From the NCBI RefSeq assembly GCF_964204645.1, contig NC_134027.1, positions 16,524,485-16,588,484 of the forward strand: 64,000 nucleotides of DNA, in the 5' to 3' direction. Source of the DNA: Tubulanus polymorphus. Its lineage: Eukaryota; Animalia; Nemertea. Below, piece after piece: positions 26,001 to 36,175 of the stretch. How positions within the stretch are numbered: position 1 is the first letter of the stretch; each line of letters starts with the position of its first letter. A model generated the notes under the pieces. It made no database searches. It was not told where the DNA came from and worked only from the letters and a program-made list of their open reading frames with translations. A program made the position numbers and the translations under genes.

Positions 26001-28459
26001 TCTTACCTGTAATGAAGACCCTCGGAATTATGTGGCAAGCTAGTACTGACGCATTTACATTCAAATTCGAACAGCCGCCTAGTATTAATATGACTAAACG
26101 AGATGTCTTAAGAAAAGTGGCTACGATATTTGATCCATTGCAGATCCTTGCGCCGTACACTGTCCGTGCGAAAATGCTGTTACAGCGATCGTGGATATTG
26201 GGTTTAGATTGGGATCAGCCATTGCCCGAAGAATTAGCCAACGAATGGAAAAAATGGTTCAGTGAACTCGTTGATGTCAAAAACATTAGTGTTCCTAGAT
26301 GGCTGGGACTTGATTCCACAAATAACGTGACATTACACACATTCGTTGACGCATCAGAGTCGGCTTATGCTGCAATTAGTTATTGCCGTCGTGAAATCGC
26401 AGAGAATGTAAATGTCGTAATGATTGCCGCGAAAACTCGAGTATCACCGACTCATGCGCTGTCAATTCCAAGACTAGAACTGCTAGCTGCAGTTATCGGT
26501 TTGCGACTTGCAAATACTGTATGCAAATCGTTACAGATTCCGATTTCAAATCACACATTCTGGTCTGATTCGCAGAATGTATTGTGCTGGATTCGAGGAG
26601 AAAGTCGTAAATATAAGCCTTTCGTAGCACATCGTGTTGGTGAGATTCAAGAATCAACTACTCCCGATCAGTGGCGATACGTGCCAACTGAAGTCAATCC
26701 AGCTGATCTGGCAACTCGAGGAATGACTGTAAAGGAGCTTGTAGCTGAAAATATGTGGTTAAATGGGCCGGAATTCCTGCTGACTGATTCGACTAATTGG
26801 CCGAAGAGTAAAATATCACCTCAGTCAACGACAGATTTAGAAATTCGTAAAGATAAATTCGTACATGTCACAGCGGTGGCTGAACCATGGTTAGACGCAG
26901 AACGTTATTCTGAACTTATTCGATTAAAACGTATTACTGCCTGGTGTCTCCGATTTGTAAAATTATTGAAATCACGTGTATCGCTTTGTTGTCATGGTAA
27001 CGATAACCGAAACAATTCAGTCTGGACGTCGAATGACAATGATTGTATAAAATGTTCGAGCATAAAGAATTCCATGCGTAGGTTACCAGTACGTTACTTG
27101 CTTGTAGATGAACTGAACATTGCGGAAAATCTGTGGATTCGAAAAGCTCAAAACGATGAATTTAGTAGTGAAATCAGCGACTTACAGAAATTAAATCGAG
27201 TATCGAATAACAGTAAGATATTGAAATTAAATCCGAAAATTGATGAAAACGGTTTACTTCGTGTTAATGGACGATTACAGCATGCAACTTACTTGTCTCG
27301 TGATGAGCGTGAACCGATAATTCTTCCGCGTCATCATCCGATAACTCGTCTCATTATCTCGTCATATCATTGCGAACTGGAACATAACGGAGGAGTGAAC
27401 CACGTTCTTTCGAATTTAACCTCACGATTCTGGGTCATTCATGGACGCGAGGCTATTAAAGAATGCGAGAAGAACTGTAATCGTTGCAAGTTAAAACGCG
27501 CTAAAGGAGCAATTCAAATCATGGCTCCGATTCCGAAAGTTCGAGTTGATGCTGTTTCGCTACGTGCATTTACACATTGTGGTGTCGATTATGGCGGTCC
27601 GTATTTCACGAAACAAGGTCGTGGAAAAACTCAGACGAAGCGTTATATGTGTTTGTTCACATGCTTAGCTTCTCGAGCAGTGCATATTGAAATGGCTTGG
27701 TCTTTAGATACTGACTCCTTTTTAGAAGCCTTTTCTCGTATGACGTATCGTCGTGGAAAACCGAAAATTGTTGTTAGCGACAACGGTACTAACTTTGTAT
27801 CAGCAGAACGTGAATTGCGAGAACTGATAAGATCATTTGATCAAGAAAAAATTGCGTCAAAATTGGCTGATAAAGGAATACAGTGGAAATTCAATCCACC
27901 AGGTGCGCCCCACTTCGGGGGCATTTTCGAAGCCATGATAAAATGTGCGAAACGTGCCGTCAGTGCTATACTGGTTAAGAGCGACATTTGTGATGAAGAG
28001 TTGCTAACCGCTTTAACTGCTGCCGAATGGATGTTAAACTCTCGTCCGTTATCGTATCAAACGTCAGATATTAAAGATGAATCACCATTAACTCCTAATC
28101 ATTTTCTCTACGGACAAGCGTGTGGAGATATTGTTCCGACTTCAGTAGACTTGCCTCCGCTGCACCCTCGGCGACGTTGGTATAGAGTACAGCAGCTCAT
28201 CAGTGCAGTTTGGAAACGTTTTTTAAGCGAACTTTTGCCGTCGTTAAATGCGCGTCAAAAATGGAACATTAATAAAGAGGACTTTAAGATCGGTGATATA
28301 GTCGTTTGTGTAGACAAGAACACTCCACGCGGACAATGGCCATTGGGGAGAGTTACTGAGATTTTTCCTGGTAGTGACGGTCACGTTCGTGTTGTTCGTG
28401 TTAAAATCGGTTCAAAACAATATGTAAGACCAGTAACAAAACTGTACGTGTTGGAATAA
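23024..28459 (+). CDS. BEL/Pao Gag-Pol polyprotein (1811 aa)
   Basis: Gag (LPLPKFYGD), three Cys/His knuckles, aspartic protease (VLDDCS), RT (YLPHFPV, YMDD), RNase H (FVDASESAY, IPRLELLAA), integrase (GVDYGGP, SDNGTNF), C-terminal WPLGRV domain. Confidence 0.97.
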   Translation: MSEEQKQLLDSEKALINKKKTVRLNFNKSKNRLLDEIESISESKSNSNSLKKRLDELDEAFMAISELTTELSDIYISTSDDNKFQKLEEWFEQIENDYSNVSGTGAKILCQMKTPVTVQSDYPVSQQFNPVDVPMNPVDVPCPVSSSYTPPPPARSYDMTRDLERLPLPKFYGDKIEYEDWKDCFLTCVDEQPWSAKRKMLRLKSCLEGETKDIIRGLDNSEAAYRTALDRLDREYGGKRRMIAKHLEMIRETKPIQANNTRELRKFVNLIEVAIVALTNNGHNEELTDGMLHQTAKTKLPKSMLINYKRWIRDAAKDDILTNLRDWLIDEFRILSEVQEDVEGINKLGLHENQSVSQKNRYVKTFTKNTVSVNCIKCEQSHRLFECPAFKAMSVDNRWQFAKENQLCFRCLKQGHSGKICRFTRRCYVDGCKSNHNSLLHDRSTSKNVETNAKSVDRGNELSSTTVRPETLCVTEGDTPDTVNSASDSPVPNVSLRTLPVIVSNGEKKIEIVAVLDDCSTASYISEDIALKLGLQGQITDLNVDTIGSTKQTFSTMHVNFTVGSPNNRYSKNMNAYTVKRVSGYRPSVNWNNLKQKLNHLNDIRFPDVPKNARIELLIGLDAADLHRCLEERFGGDNEPIARRTPLGWTCVGKISNKTVITKHAYAYFVSAENIQLNEQLRLFWDLDSIGIRNKDNVALFTSDEKKAIEQTEKTRCFKDGRYEVGIPWRDQEPCFESNRETAFNRLKNLEKSLNNRPKVAIEYNRIIQNHLERGYIRKVPANEIASSPSEWYLPHFPVVKLQRTTSKVRIVFDAAAKHNGKCLNDAIYAGPNLQNDLINILIRFRRYAVALIGDLSEMFLQIGIREEDRRFHRFLWRDLDSSKDPEVYEFLRLTFGNTSSPYLAQDVVRYQAKTHKDMYPLASDTIENAMYMDDTLESVVSTEVGIQLRRELSDLFESAGFKMRKFCSNDLNVLADIPESDRAVDICIEEGVLPVMKTLGIMWQASTDAFTFKFEQPPSINMTKRDVLRKVATIFDPLQILAPYTVRAKMLLQRSWILGLDWDQPLPEELANEWKKWFSELVDVKNISVPRWLGLDSTNNVTLHTFVDASESAYAAISYCRREIAENVNVVMIAAKTRVSPTHALSIPRLELLAAVIGLRLANTVCKSLQIPISNHTFWSDSQNVLCWIRGESRKYKPFVAHRVGEIQESTTPDQWRYVPTEVNPADLATRGMTVKELVAENMWLNGPEFLLTDSTNWPKSKISPQSTTDLEIRKDKFVHVTAVAEPWLDAERYSELIRLKRITAWCLRFVKLLKSRVSLCCHGNDNRNNSVWTSNDNDCIKCSSIKNSMRRLPVRYLLVDELNIAENLWIRKAQNDEFSSEISDLQKLNRVSNNSKILKLNPKIDENGLLRVNGRLQHATYLSRDEREPIILPRHHPITRLIISSYHCELEHNGGVNHVLSNLTSRFWVIHGREAIKECEKNCNRCKLKRAKGAIQIMAPIPKVRVDAVSLRAFTHCGVDYGGPYFTKQGRGKTQTKRYMCLFTCLASRAVHIEMAWSLDTDSFLEAFSRMTYRRGKPKIVVSDNGTNFVSAERELRELIRSFDQEKIASKLADKGIQWKFNPPGAPHFGGIFEAMIKCAKRAVSAILVKSDICDEELLTALTAAEWMLNSRPLSYQTSDIKDESPLTPNHFLYGQACGDIVPTSVDLPPLHPRRRWYRVQQLISAVWKRFLSELLPSLNARQKWNINKEDFKIGDIVVCVDKNTPRGQWPLGRVTEIFPGSDGHVRVVRVKIGSKQYVRPVTKLYVLE

Positions 28460-28823
28460 TTACATTTAATGGCATTATTGTGTATTGACTTAAACGTGTT
28501 TTTTATATAAAGGACTTTAAGTGACTTTAATACGTCATAGAATAACTTTTATTCATAATTTTGCGTTCAAAGTGAAATATAATTCAGTTAGTTGTTAAAC
28601 AGTTTTATCAAGTAGTGTATTAATTTTAAATGAAGTAATTCTACTTAGTTTAACGTGCATTATAAGTTTAGATTTTTTGAGTAAATATCGTAGTTTTAGA
28701 TTTTAGGAATATGTATCTCCTTGAGAGATATCAAGTTCTCCTTAAGAGATATTCAGTTCTTAGAGAATTTTAGTTAGTTTAACAGTAATTATTTGTAAGG
28801 AACCTCCTTACAGGAGGGGGAAA

Positions 28824-29024
28824 TGTCTTGAATTAAATACAGTCCTCTATGACAGTTGAGAAATAACATAGTAATATTAAGAAATTCCAATAGATGGAGC
28901 CTGAGATGTAATTAAGTTTATGCAAAAAGATTGTTACAGAGCAGATGTAATAAAAAGAGAACACATGGTTGAATTATCAGAAAATCAGTCTTCAGTTAAC
29001 AGTTTATTCGGTTAAGTAGCAACA
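28824..29024 (+). repeat. 3' LTR
   Basis: No difference from the 5' LTR found by eye. Confidence 0.95.
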
Positions 29025-29031
29025 CTTGTAT

Positions 29032-29892
29032 TTAGTGAATACCTTGTGCATTTGACAATGATCGGTATGTACTGTAGGAAATATACAGTATTGATAAATG
29101 GTTGAAGCCCGCGGCCGAATAAATGATGTCATCTCCCGGGATAGCTTTTCGCCCGATTATGATCTCGTTGAAGTTCTGGTTCTGGTTTAAGTAACTGTGC
29201 GCGTGGCCCAGTTCCGGACAATAAGTCTCAGTTTTAGTTATGAGTTTGTCATCGATTTCATATGCAGAACAAATAGGAATCAAGACGTGACGAATGAAAT
29301 CATCGCAATCCAACATTCGTCCATTGGCTACTTGCGGTATGGTCATACTATTAAGAAGCGAGTACATAAACTGTTCTGGAATGTATGGTTCGGGTGAATC
29401 ATCGCACAGTTTATGACAAATTCTCGACAGGTTGTTTGCAAGCTCCTCTACAGCATTTGATCTTGAAATGATTTTTTGGCTTTGTAAAGTGCGGAGGTCA
29501 CCTGCCAATGGTGTTGACAGAAATGCTTGAATCGATGCAATTAACCAGCATGTATTGCGCCTGTTAACCATTCCACGCTTGCTTAAACCAGTAACACAGT
29601 AATTGCAACAAAATATGAAGCTCTCATTGTTTATCGTATCTGTATCCGGTGGACTTTCGATACATTTATGATGGAACCAATCGTCGCAGTATGCGCATTG
29701 AACCATAATATTTCCATCATCCGGTTGTTTACAGTAACAGTACTTCACACTCCCACTGTTCAAACGCGGCATGATTTGAGTTTGGAAGTCAGTAAAACGT
29801 CGCCTTTTTTGACGAGGCAGACGAATATTGTCGGCTTTCCTTAATGGTGGTCCTTGTTCAACCAATTCTGCAGCTCGACTCGGTGGTTCAAC
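29032..29892 (-). pseudogene. Exon of a cargo gene: PHD finger plus USP/peptidase C19-like Cys box
   Basis: YCYCKQPDDGNIMVQCAYCDDWFHHKC...FCCNYC (C4HC3 PHD) followed by GMVNRRNTCWLIASIQAF (resembles USP GLxNxGNTCYxNSxLQ). Candidate 69-bp GT-AG intron at 29893-29961. The 3' part is disrupted near the BEL insertion. Confidence 0.7.
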
Positions 29893-30004
29893 CTAAAAAG
29901 TATAAAGTAACGATTCTTTAAATTTTGTGAAAAGAGATGTCATTTTTATTGATTATCTTACTTTTCGACTTTGCTTTCAAATGATGCATTTTTGATATGT
30001 TATC

Positions 30005-33000
30005 TTTAGATATCTTTATGATCTTTCATACGATATAACTCTCTAATACCGCCAAAAACTATAAATATGCTTAAAAAGCCCATATTCCAGATTCGACTTT
30101 ACTAAATCTATGGTCAGAGACAGGTTGAGACACGCGACCGCAATTAAGATGTTCAAAGTCGATTTATTAAAAAACGGGAACTGAGAGGTTTCTGCATTTT
30201 TTATATATTATAGAAATCTGTATGATCTTTCATACGATATAACTCTCTAATACCGCCAAAAACTATAAATATGATTAAAGAGCCCATCTTCCAGATTCGA
30301 CTTATCTAATTCTATTGTCAGAGACGTGTCACAGACACGCGACCGCAATTAAGATGTTCAAAGTTAATTTATTAAAAAACGGGAACTGAGAGGTTTCTGC
30401 ATTTTTTATATATTATAGAAATCTGTATGATCTTTCATACGATATAACTCGCTAATACCGCCAAAAACTATAAATATGTTTAAAAAGCCCATATTCCAGA
30501 TTCGACTTATCTAATTCTATTGTCAGAGACGTGTCACAGACACGCGACCGCAATTAAGATGTTCAAAGTTAATTTATTAAAAAACAGGAACTGAGAGGTT
30601 TCTGCATTTTTTATATATTATAGAAATCTGTATGATCTTTCATACGATATAACTCGCTAATACCGCCAAAAACTATAAATATGTTTAAAAAGCCCATATT
30701 CCAGATTCGACTTATCTAATTCTATTGTCAGAGACGTGTCACAGACACGCGACCGCAATTAAGATGTTCAAAGTTAATTTATTAAAAAACGGGAACTGAG
30801 AGGTTTCTGCATTTTTTATATATTATAGAAATCTGTATGATCTTTCATACGATATAACTCGCTAATACCGCCAAAAACTATAAATATGTTTAAAAAGCCC
30901 ATATTCCAGATTCGACTTATCTAATTCTATTGTCAGAGACGTGTCACAGACACGCGACCGCAATTAAGATGTTCAAAGTTAATTTATTAAAAAACGGGAA
31001 CTGAGAGTTTTCTGCATTTTTTATATATTATAGAAATCTTTATGATCTTTCATACGATATAACTCTCTAATACCGCCAAAAACTATAAATATGTTTAAAA
31101 AGCCCATATTCCAGATTCGACTTATCTTATTCTATTGTCAGAGACGTGTCAGAGACAAGCGACCGCAATTAAGATGTTCAAAGTTAATTTATTAAAAAAC
31201 GGGAACTGAGAGTTTTCTGCATTTTTTATATATTATAGAAATCTGTATGATCTTTCATACGATATAACTCGCTAATACCGCCAAAAACTATAAATATGTT
31301 TAAAAAGCCCATATTCCAGATTCGACTTATCTAATTCTATTGTCAGAGACGTGTCACAGACACGCGACCGCAATTAAGATGTTCAAAGTTAATTTATTAA
31401 AAAACAGGAACTGAGAGGTTTCTGCATTTTTTATATATTATAGAAATCTGTATGATCTTTCATACGATATAACTCGCTAATACCGCCAAAAACTATAAAT
31501 ATGTTTAAAAAGCCCATATTCCAGATTCGACTTATCTAATTCTATTGTCAGAGACGTGTCAGAGACAAGCGACCGCAATTAAGATGTTCAAAGTTAATTT
31601 ATTAAAAAACGGGAACTGAGAGTTTTCTGCATTTTTTATATATTATAGAAATCTTTATGATCTTTCAAACGATATAACTCTCTAATACCGCCAAAAACTA
31701 TAAATATGTTTAAAAAGCCCATATTCCAGATTCGACTTATCTAATTCTATTGTCAGAGACGTGTCAGAGACAAGCGACCGCAATTAAGATGTTCAAAGTT
31801 AATTTATTAAAAAACGGGAACTGAGAGTTTTCTGCATTTTTTATATGTTCTAGATATCTTCATGATCTTTCAAATGATATAACTCGCTAATACCGCCAAA
31901 AACTATAAATATGATTAAAGAGCCCATATTCCAGATTCGACTTATCTAATTCTATTGTCAGAGACGTGTCACAGACACGCGACCGCAATTAAGATGTTCA
32001 AAGTTAATTTATTAAAAAACGGGAACTGAGAGGTTTCTGCATTTTTTATATGTTATAGAAATCTGTATGATCTTTCATACGATATAACTCGCTAATACCG
32101 CCAAAAACTATAAATATGTTTAAGAAACCCATATTCCAGATTCGACTTATCTAATTCTATTGTCAGAGACGTGTCAGAGACAAGCGACCGCAATTAAGAT
32201 GTTCAAAGTTAATTTATTAAAAAACGGGAACTGAGAGGTTTCTGCATTTTTTATATATTATAGAAATCTTCATGATCTTTCAAATGATATAACTTTCTAA
32301 TACCGCCAAAAACTATAAATATGATTAAAAAGCCCATATTCCAGATTCGACTTATCTAATTCTGTTGTCAGAGACGTGTCAGAGACAAGCGACCGCAATT
32401 AAGATGTTCAAAGTTAATTTATTAAAAAACGGGAACTGAGAGTTTTCTGCATTTTTTATATGTTCTAGAAATCTGTATGATCTTTCATACGATATAACTT
32501 TCTAATACCGCCAAAAACTATAAATATGTTTAAAAAGCCCATATTCCAGATTCGACTTATCTAATTCTATTGTCAGAGACGTGTCAGAGACAAGCGACCG
32601 CAATTAAGATGTTCAAAGTCAATTTATTAAAAAGCGGGAACTGAGAGGTTTCTGCATTTTTTATATATTATAGAAATCTTTATGATCTTTCATACGATAT
32701 AACTCTCTAATACCGCCAAAACCTATAAATGCGTTTAAAAAGCCCATCTTCCAGATTCGACTTATCTAATTCTATTGTCAGAGACGTGTCACAGACAAGC
32801 GACCGCAATTTAGATATTCAAAGTTAATTTATTAAAAAATGGGAACTGAGAGGTTTCTGTATTTTTGATATGTTCTAGAAATCTTCATGACCTTTCAAAT
32901 GATATAACTTTCTAATACCGCCAAAAAATATAAATATGCTTAAAGAGCCCATTTTCCAGATTCGACTTATCTAATTCTGTTGTCGGAGACGTGTCAGAGA

Positions 33001-33170
33001 CAAGCGACCGCAATTAAGATGTTCAAAGTCGATTTATTCAAAAACGGGAACTGAGAGTTCTCTGGATTTTTTATATTCTCTAGATATCTTCATGACCTCT
33101 CAAATTGTATAATTCTCTAATACCGCCAAAAACTATAAATATGTTAAAAATGCCCATATTCCAGATTCGA
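30005..33170. repeat. 205-bp tandem array (about 15 copies)
   Basis: AGCCCATATTCCAGATTCGAC recurs at 30486, 30691, 30896 and onward; edge monomers are more diverged. Confidence 0.95.
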
Positions 33171-33355
33171 TCTTCCATTTTTCTTCCCATTTTTTATACA
33201 TTATCATCATCTTATGATCTTTCGATTGACATAACTCACTAATACGTTGCTAGTAATTGCTCGTGTGCGGGGGGCCTTTATACATTGAAAAAGAGCAGCT
33301 ACAATGTATTACAGAACCCACCAGAAAATGTTTTGAATTTGGAATTATTCATATT

Positions 33356-33739
33356 TCACTGAAATAGAAAATTAATTATAATGAATATGACAATTATATT
33401 TACCAAATCATGCTCTACAACTTTGTGCAAAGGACTCTTCAAGACATCCGCATAACTTCTTGTTGGTGAATCTCGCATAACCGAAACTGGTGAAAATTCG
33501 TGTTTCTCACTGCAGATGGTGTCGAAATCCATATTCCGGTACTGGCAAAAGCGGTAAAGTTTTTGCCTCAACCGATCAGAGTTTTTACAAAATACTGCAA
33601 AGCATAGTTCATCCCAAAACTGGTTTTGTCGGATCCACGTGGGAGATAGTTTCGCTTTCCTTATTTTTTCGGTAACAACGTCAGCATCTAATGTCTGATG
33701 AACTGCGTTATTCAGATTTGTTATTCTATTACGTCCCAT
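33356..33739 (-). CDS. Probable first exon of the cargo gene (unknown function)
   Basis: 127-aa ATG-initiated ORF with protein-like composition up to a GTAAAT donor at 33403; same strand and upstream of the PHD exon. Confidence 0.4.
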   Translation of the reverse strand: MGRNRITNLNNAVHQTLDADVVTEKIRKAKLSPTWIRQNQFWDELCFAVFCKNSDRLRQKLYRFCQYRNMDFDTICSEKHEFSPVSVMRDSPTRSYADVLKSPLHKVVEHDLVNIIVIFIIINFLFQ

Positions 33740-34019
33740 GATTTCGTTGACGAATTAATCATTTATCCTCGCAAAGTTTGTTCGAAAATGATGTTAAATC
33801 ACAATCGCACGGAAGATATTTCATAAGATGAAAAACATATACGTTAGTTCACATAAATTTCGAATATCCTCAAATGTTTGTACGACAATGAAGTAATCTC
33901 AAAATCGAACGGAGGTAAAACTTTTTCAATTAAAATGTAATATATATATAATATATAAAACGCTGTTGTTGATCGTATGGAATCAAAAAGGTTTGTGTAA
34001 GGTCGAACCAGTGTTACTC

Positions 34020-34670
34020 GATTTTATAAGGGGTATTCTAGGTCCACGTCGATAAGCCTGACACTCGGATCGAGCCACATTCTTTAATTGCTCATTATCA
34101 AATTTTACATTTAGATGTAATTAAGATTAGAATTGAAAGAAAACGTCGTCGTTCACGACACTTATTTTAGACTGATGTTGTGTGAACTATTGTTAATGAT
34201 GTGTAACAAAGAACCTGCTGGCAGTTTCGGTTTCAGCACCAGCCGCATCGTATCAATAGTTTAATTGTTCATAATTATGACCATAATTATGTGCGTATGT
34301 CGTGATTTGTTTGTTCGATAAAGCCTTGTTTCAAATGAAAATATTAGTTCACCAAAGTGTTAATCCATTTTATAAGGTCCACGTCAATAAGTCTTGACAC
34401 GCGGTGCCAGATTCTTTAATTGCTCGTTATCAAATTTTATATTAGATGTAATTTATTCTTATCTTAATAATTAAGATCAGAATTGAATGGAAACGTCGTC
34501 GTTCGCGATACGTATTCTAAACTTATGTTGTGTGAACTATTATTGTCAATGATAGAATAATAAAGAACCTGCTGGGAGTTTTGGTTTCAGCGCCATCCGT
34601 AGTTTAATTGTTTATAATGTGCATATTCATGATTTGTTTGTTCGATAAAGCCTTGTTTCCGGTTGAAAAT
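34020..34670. repeat. Diverged tandem duplication, about 335-bp unit
   Basis: GGTCCACGTC(G/A)ATAAG at 34041 and 34376 with colinear downstream similarity. Confidence 0.7.
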
Positions 34671-35958
34671 ATTTATTATTCCAGAGAATAACCCTATTGA
34701 CGTGCTATTTAAGTGATCCAAACCCGTGCATAAGGGTTACCCTGGTTTTGAATTATATCGTTGCTGTTTTCTGTGCGGCCAAGTCTTCCTTCAAAAGTTA
34801 TGAAAAATTGTTATTGAATAATTGTCTTTAAAACAATCCCGTGCTGCAATGAGTTCAAATCGAGAATACATTAATATGCATACATATTCTGTGGAATATA
34901 CAATCATAGATTTTTCCCTGGTGTAATGGTATTCGCCATTTCAGCAGGGTAATGACACAAGTTTGCATTTTAAGTATTGCCGGCAGTGAGACACGTACGG
35001 ATAATCGGAAATGAGTAATCTGAATCTGGTAGATCTGAATAAAGTGATAGCTTCACGATAGCTCGGTATGTACGGTAGGAAATATAGAGTATTGATGGTA
35101 TTGATATAGAGGTTGAAGCCCGCGGCCGAATAAAGTAATATATTCTTTTATTTTGATACCTCGTCGACATAACAGCTTTTCTCCGCTATATCTCTTCGGC
35201 GTGTTTAGTTTAGGCCAACGATGCCTCGGTACACTAAAGATTTATCTTAGTAAATACTCGGTTAATTCGGTAAAGAAAAATAGGTATTGTTATACTAACT
35301 CCTTGAAACCCGCAGCCAAATTACTGGTAGTAATAAATTAATTTGTACTCGATTTGATTCTCATGACGAGGAGAAACTCGCAGCTGATCCCCGGAACGAC
35401 GATGTAGTAACACACGTCGATTCGTCGATGTTTACGGCTCGACAGTGCTTTTAAAATATAAAGTAGTAAATTTCCAGTGTATCGGTAATATGATTTGATG
35501 AGGAAAATGGGCTATTGTTAAAATCACTGTTTGAAGACCTCGACTGAATTTGAAGTCTCCGGCAATAAATTAGTTCATTTATACTTGAATTGATAATCGA
35601 AGTGACAGTCGGCCTGCGGGTTGATTTCGGGATGACGACTCGAAAAACATGTCGCCCCATTGAATGGGGCTAAATTTTCGATGTTTACGGCCCGACAGCG
35701 CTTTTGTAACGATGATTCGTGAAAAAACACGCGGGCTATTTGTAGATCTCAGTGAGCTGAACGATATTATATGGATTGTATATGAAACAGCGGTAAGGTA
35801 ACAAAGCCTATGTTCTTTTGGTAAAAATAGTGTGGAAGAAAATAATAATAATAATAATCACGCGGATATCAATAGGGTTTTCTGTGAAATAACAGAAAAC
35901 CCTAATAATAATCACGCGGATATCAATAGGGTTTTCTGTGAAATAACAGAAAACCCTA

Positions 35959-36160
35959 ATTAAATAATGATTCTAAAATAAAAGATTATAATACATCAGA
36001 AAATAATAGAACTGATAATGGTGCCGTACGGCACCCACACGGTGTTATTCAACATGATATAATTAAACTAAATGATAATAATAAATCCCATGAAAATACT
36101 AAATTAGCTATAACTTGTATAGGAATTGTAATCGGAGGAATATTATATTTTAGATTTTAA
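35959..36160 (+). CDS. C-terminal 66 aa of the split viral gene, with hydrophobic tail
   Basis: Joined to 1287 it reads ...ENIK-LNNDSKIKDYNTSENNRTDNGAVRHPHGVIQHDIIKLNDNNKSHENTKLAITCIGIVIGGILYFRF*; homologous to 61101-61198 plus 63599-63724. Confidence 0.85.
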
Positions 36161-36175
36161 TTTCTTATTATGTAA

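Larger units (their letters stand above)
22784..29024 (+). mobile_element. Full-length BEL/Pao LTR retrotransposon
   Basis: Two 201-bp TG...CA LTRs; 5-bp TSD CTTGT (22779-22783 and 29025-29029); PBS-like TGGTCCCTCAGAAGCCG after the 5' LTR; PPT AGGAGGGGGAAA at 28812-28823. The empty site is visible in element A near 6803. Confidence 0.97.
7628..35904 (-). mobile_element. Non-autonomous Helentron-like element B, nested in the (AAT)n of element A
   Basis: Same AATATAGCTGCAAAGCAGC start as 1288 and same terminal hairpin (35873-35904). Removing it restores an uninterrupted (AAT)n. 6850-7627 matches 35075-35850. Confidence 0.82.
1288..35958 (-). mobile_element. Non-autonomous Helentron-like element A (1288-7627 plus 35905-35958)
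   Basis: Left end has stem-loop GCTGC-AAA-GCAGC followed by subTIR GGGTTTTCTG (1313-1322). Right end has (AAT)n then perfect hairpin TAGGGTTTTCTGT-GAAATA-ACAGAAAACCCTA. Inserted at A|A (TT) with no TSD; removing it restores the viral ORF. This matches DINE-1/HINE architecture. Confidence 0.82.

Noticed and set aside
23536-26160. Short antisense and alternate-frame ORFs within Gag-Pol (likewise within pPolB and the viral genes)
   Set aside because: Shadows of long real ORFs with no motifs of their own.
30005-33170. Coding tandem repeat within the cargo gene
   Set aside because: 205 is not a multiple of 3 and no ORF of 60 aa or more is listed there.
35873-35958. Rho-independent terminators
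   Set aside because: Eukaryotic DNA; the hairpins are Helentron termini whose arm matches the subTIR at 1313-1322.
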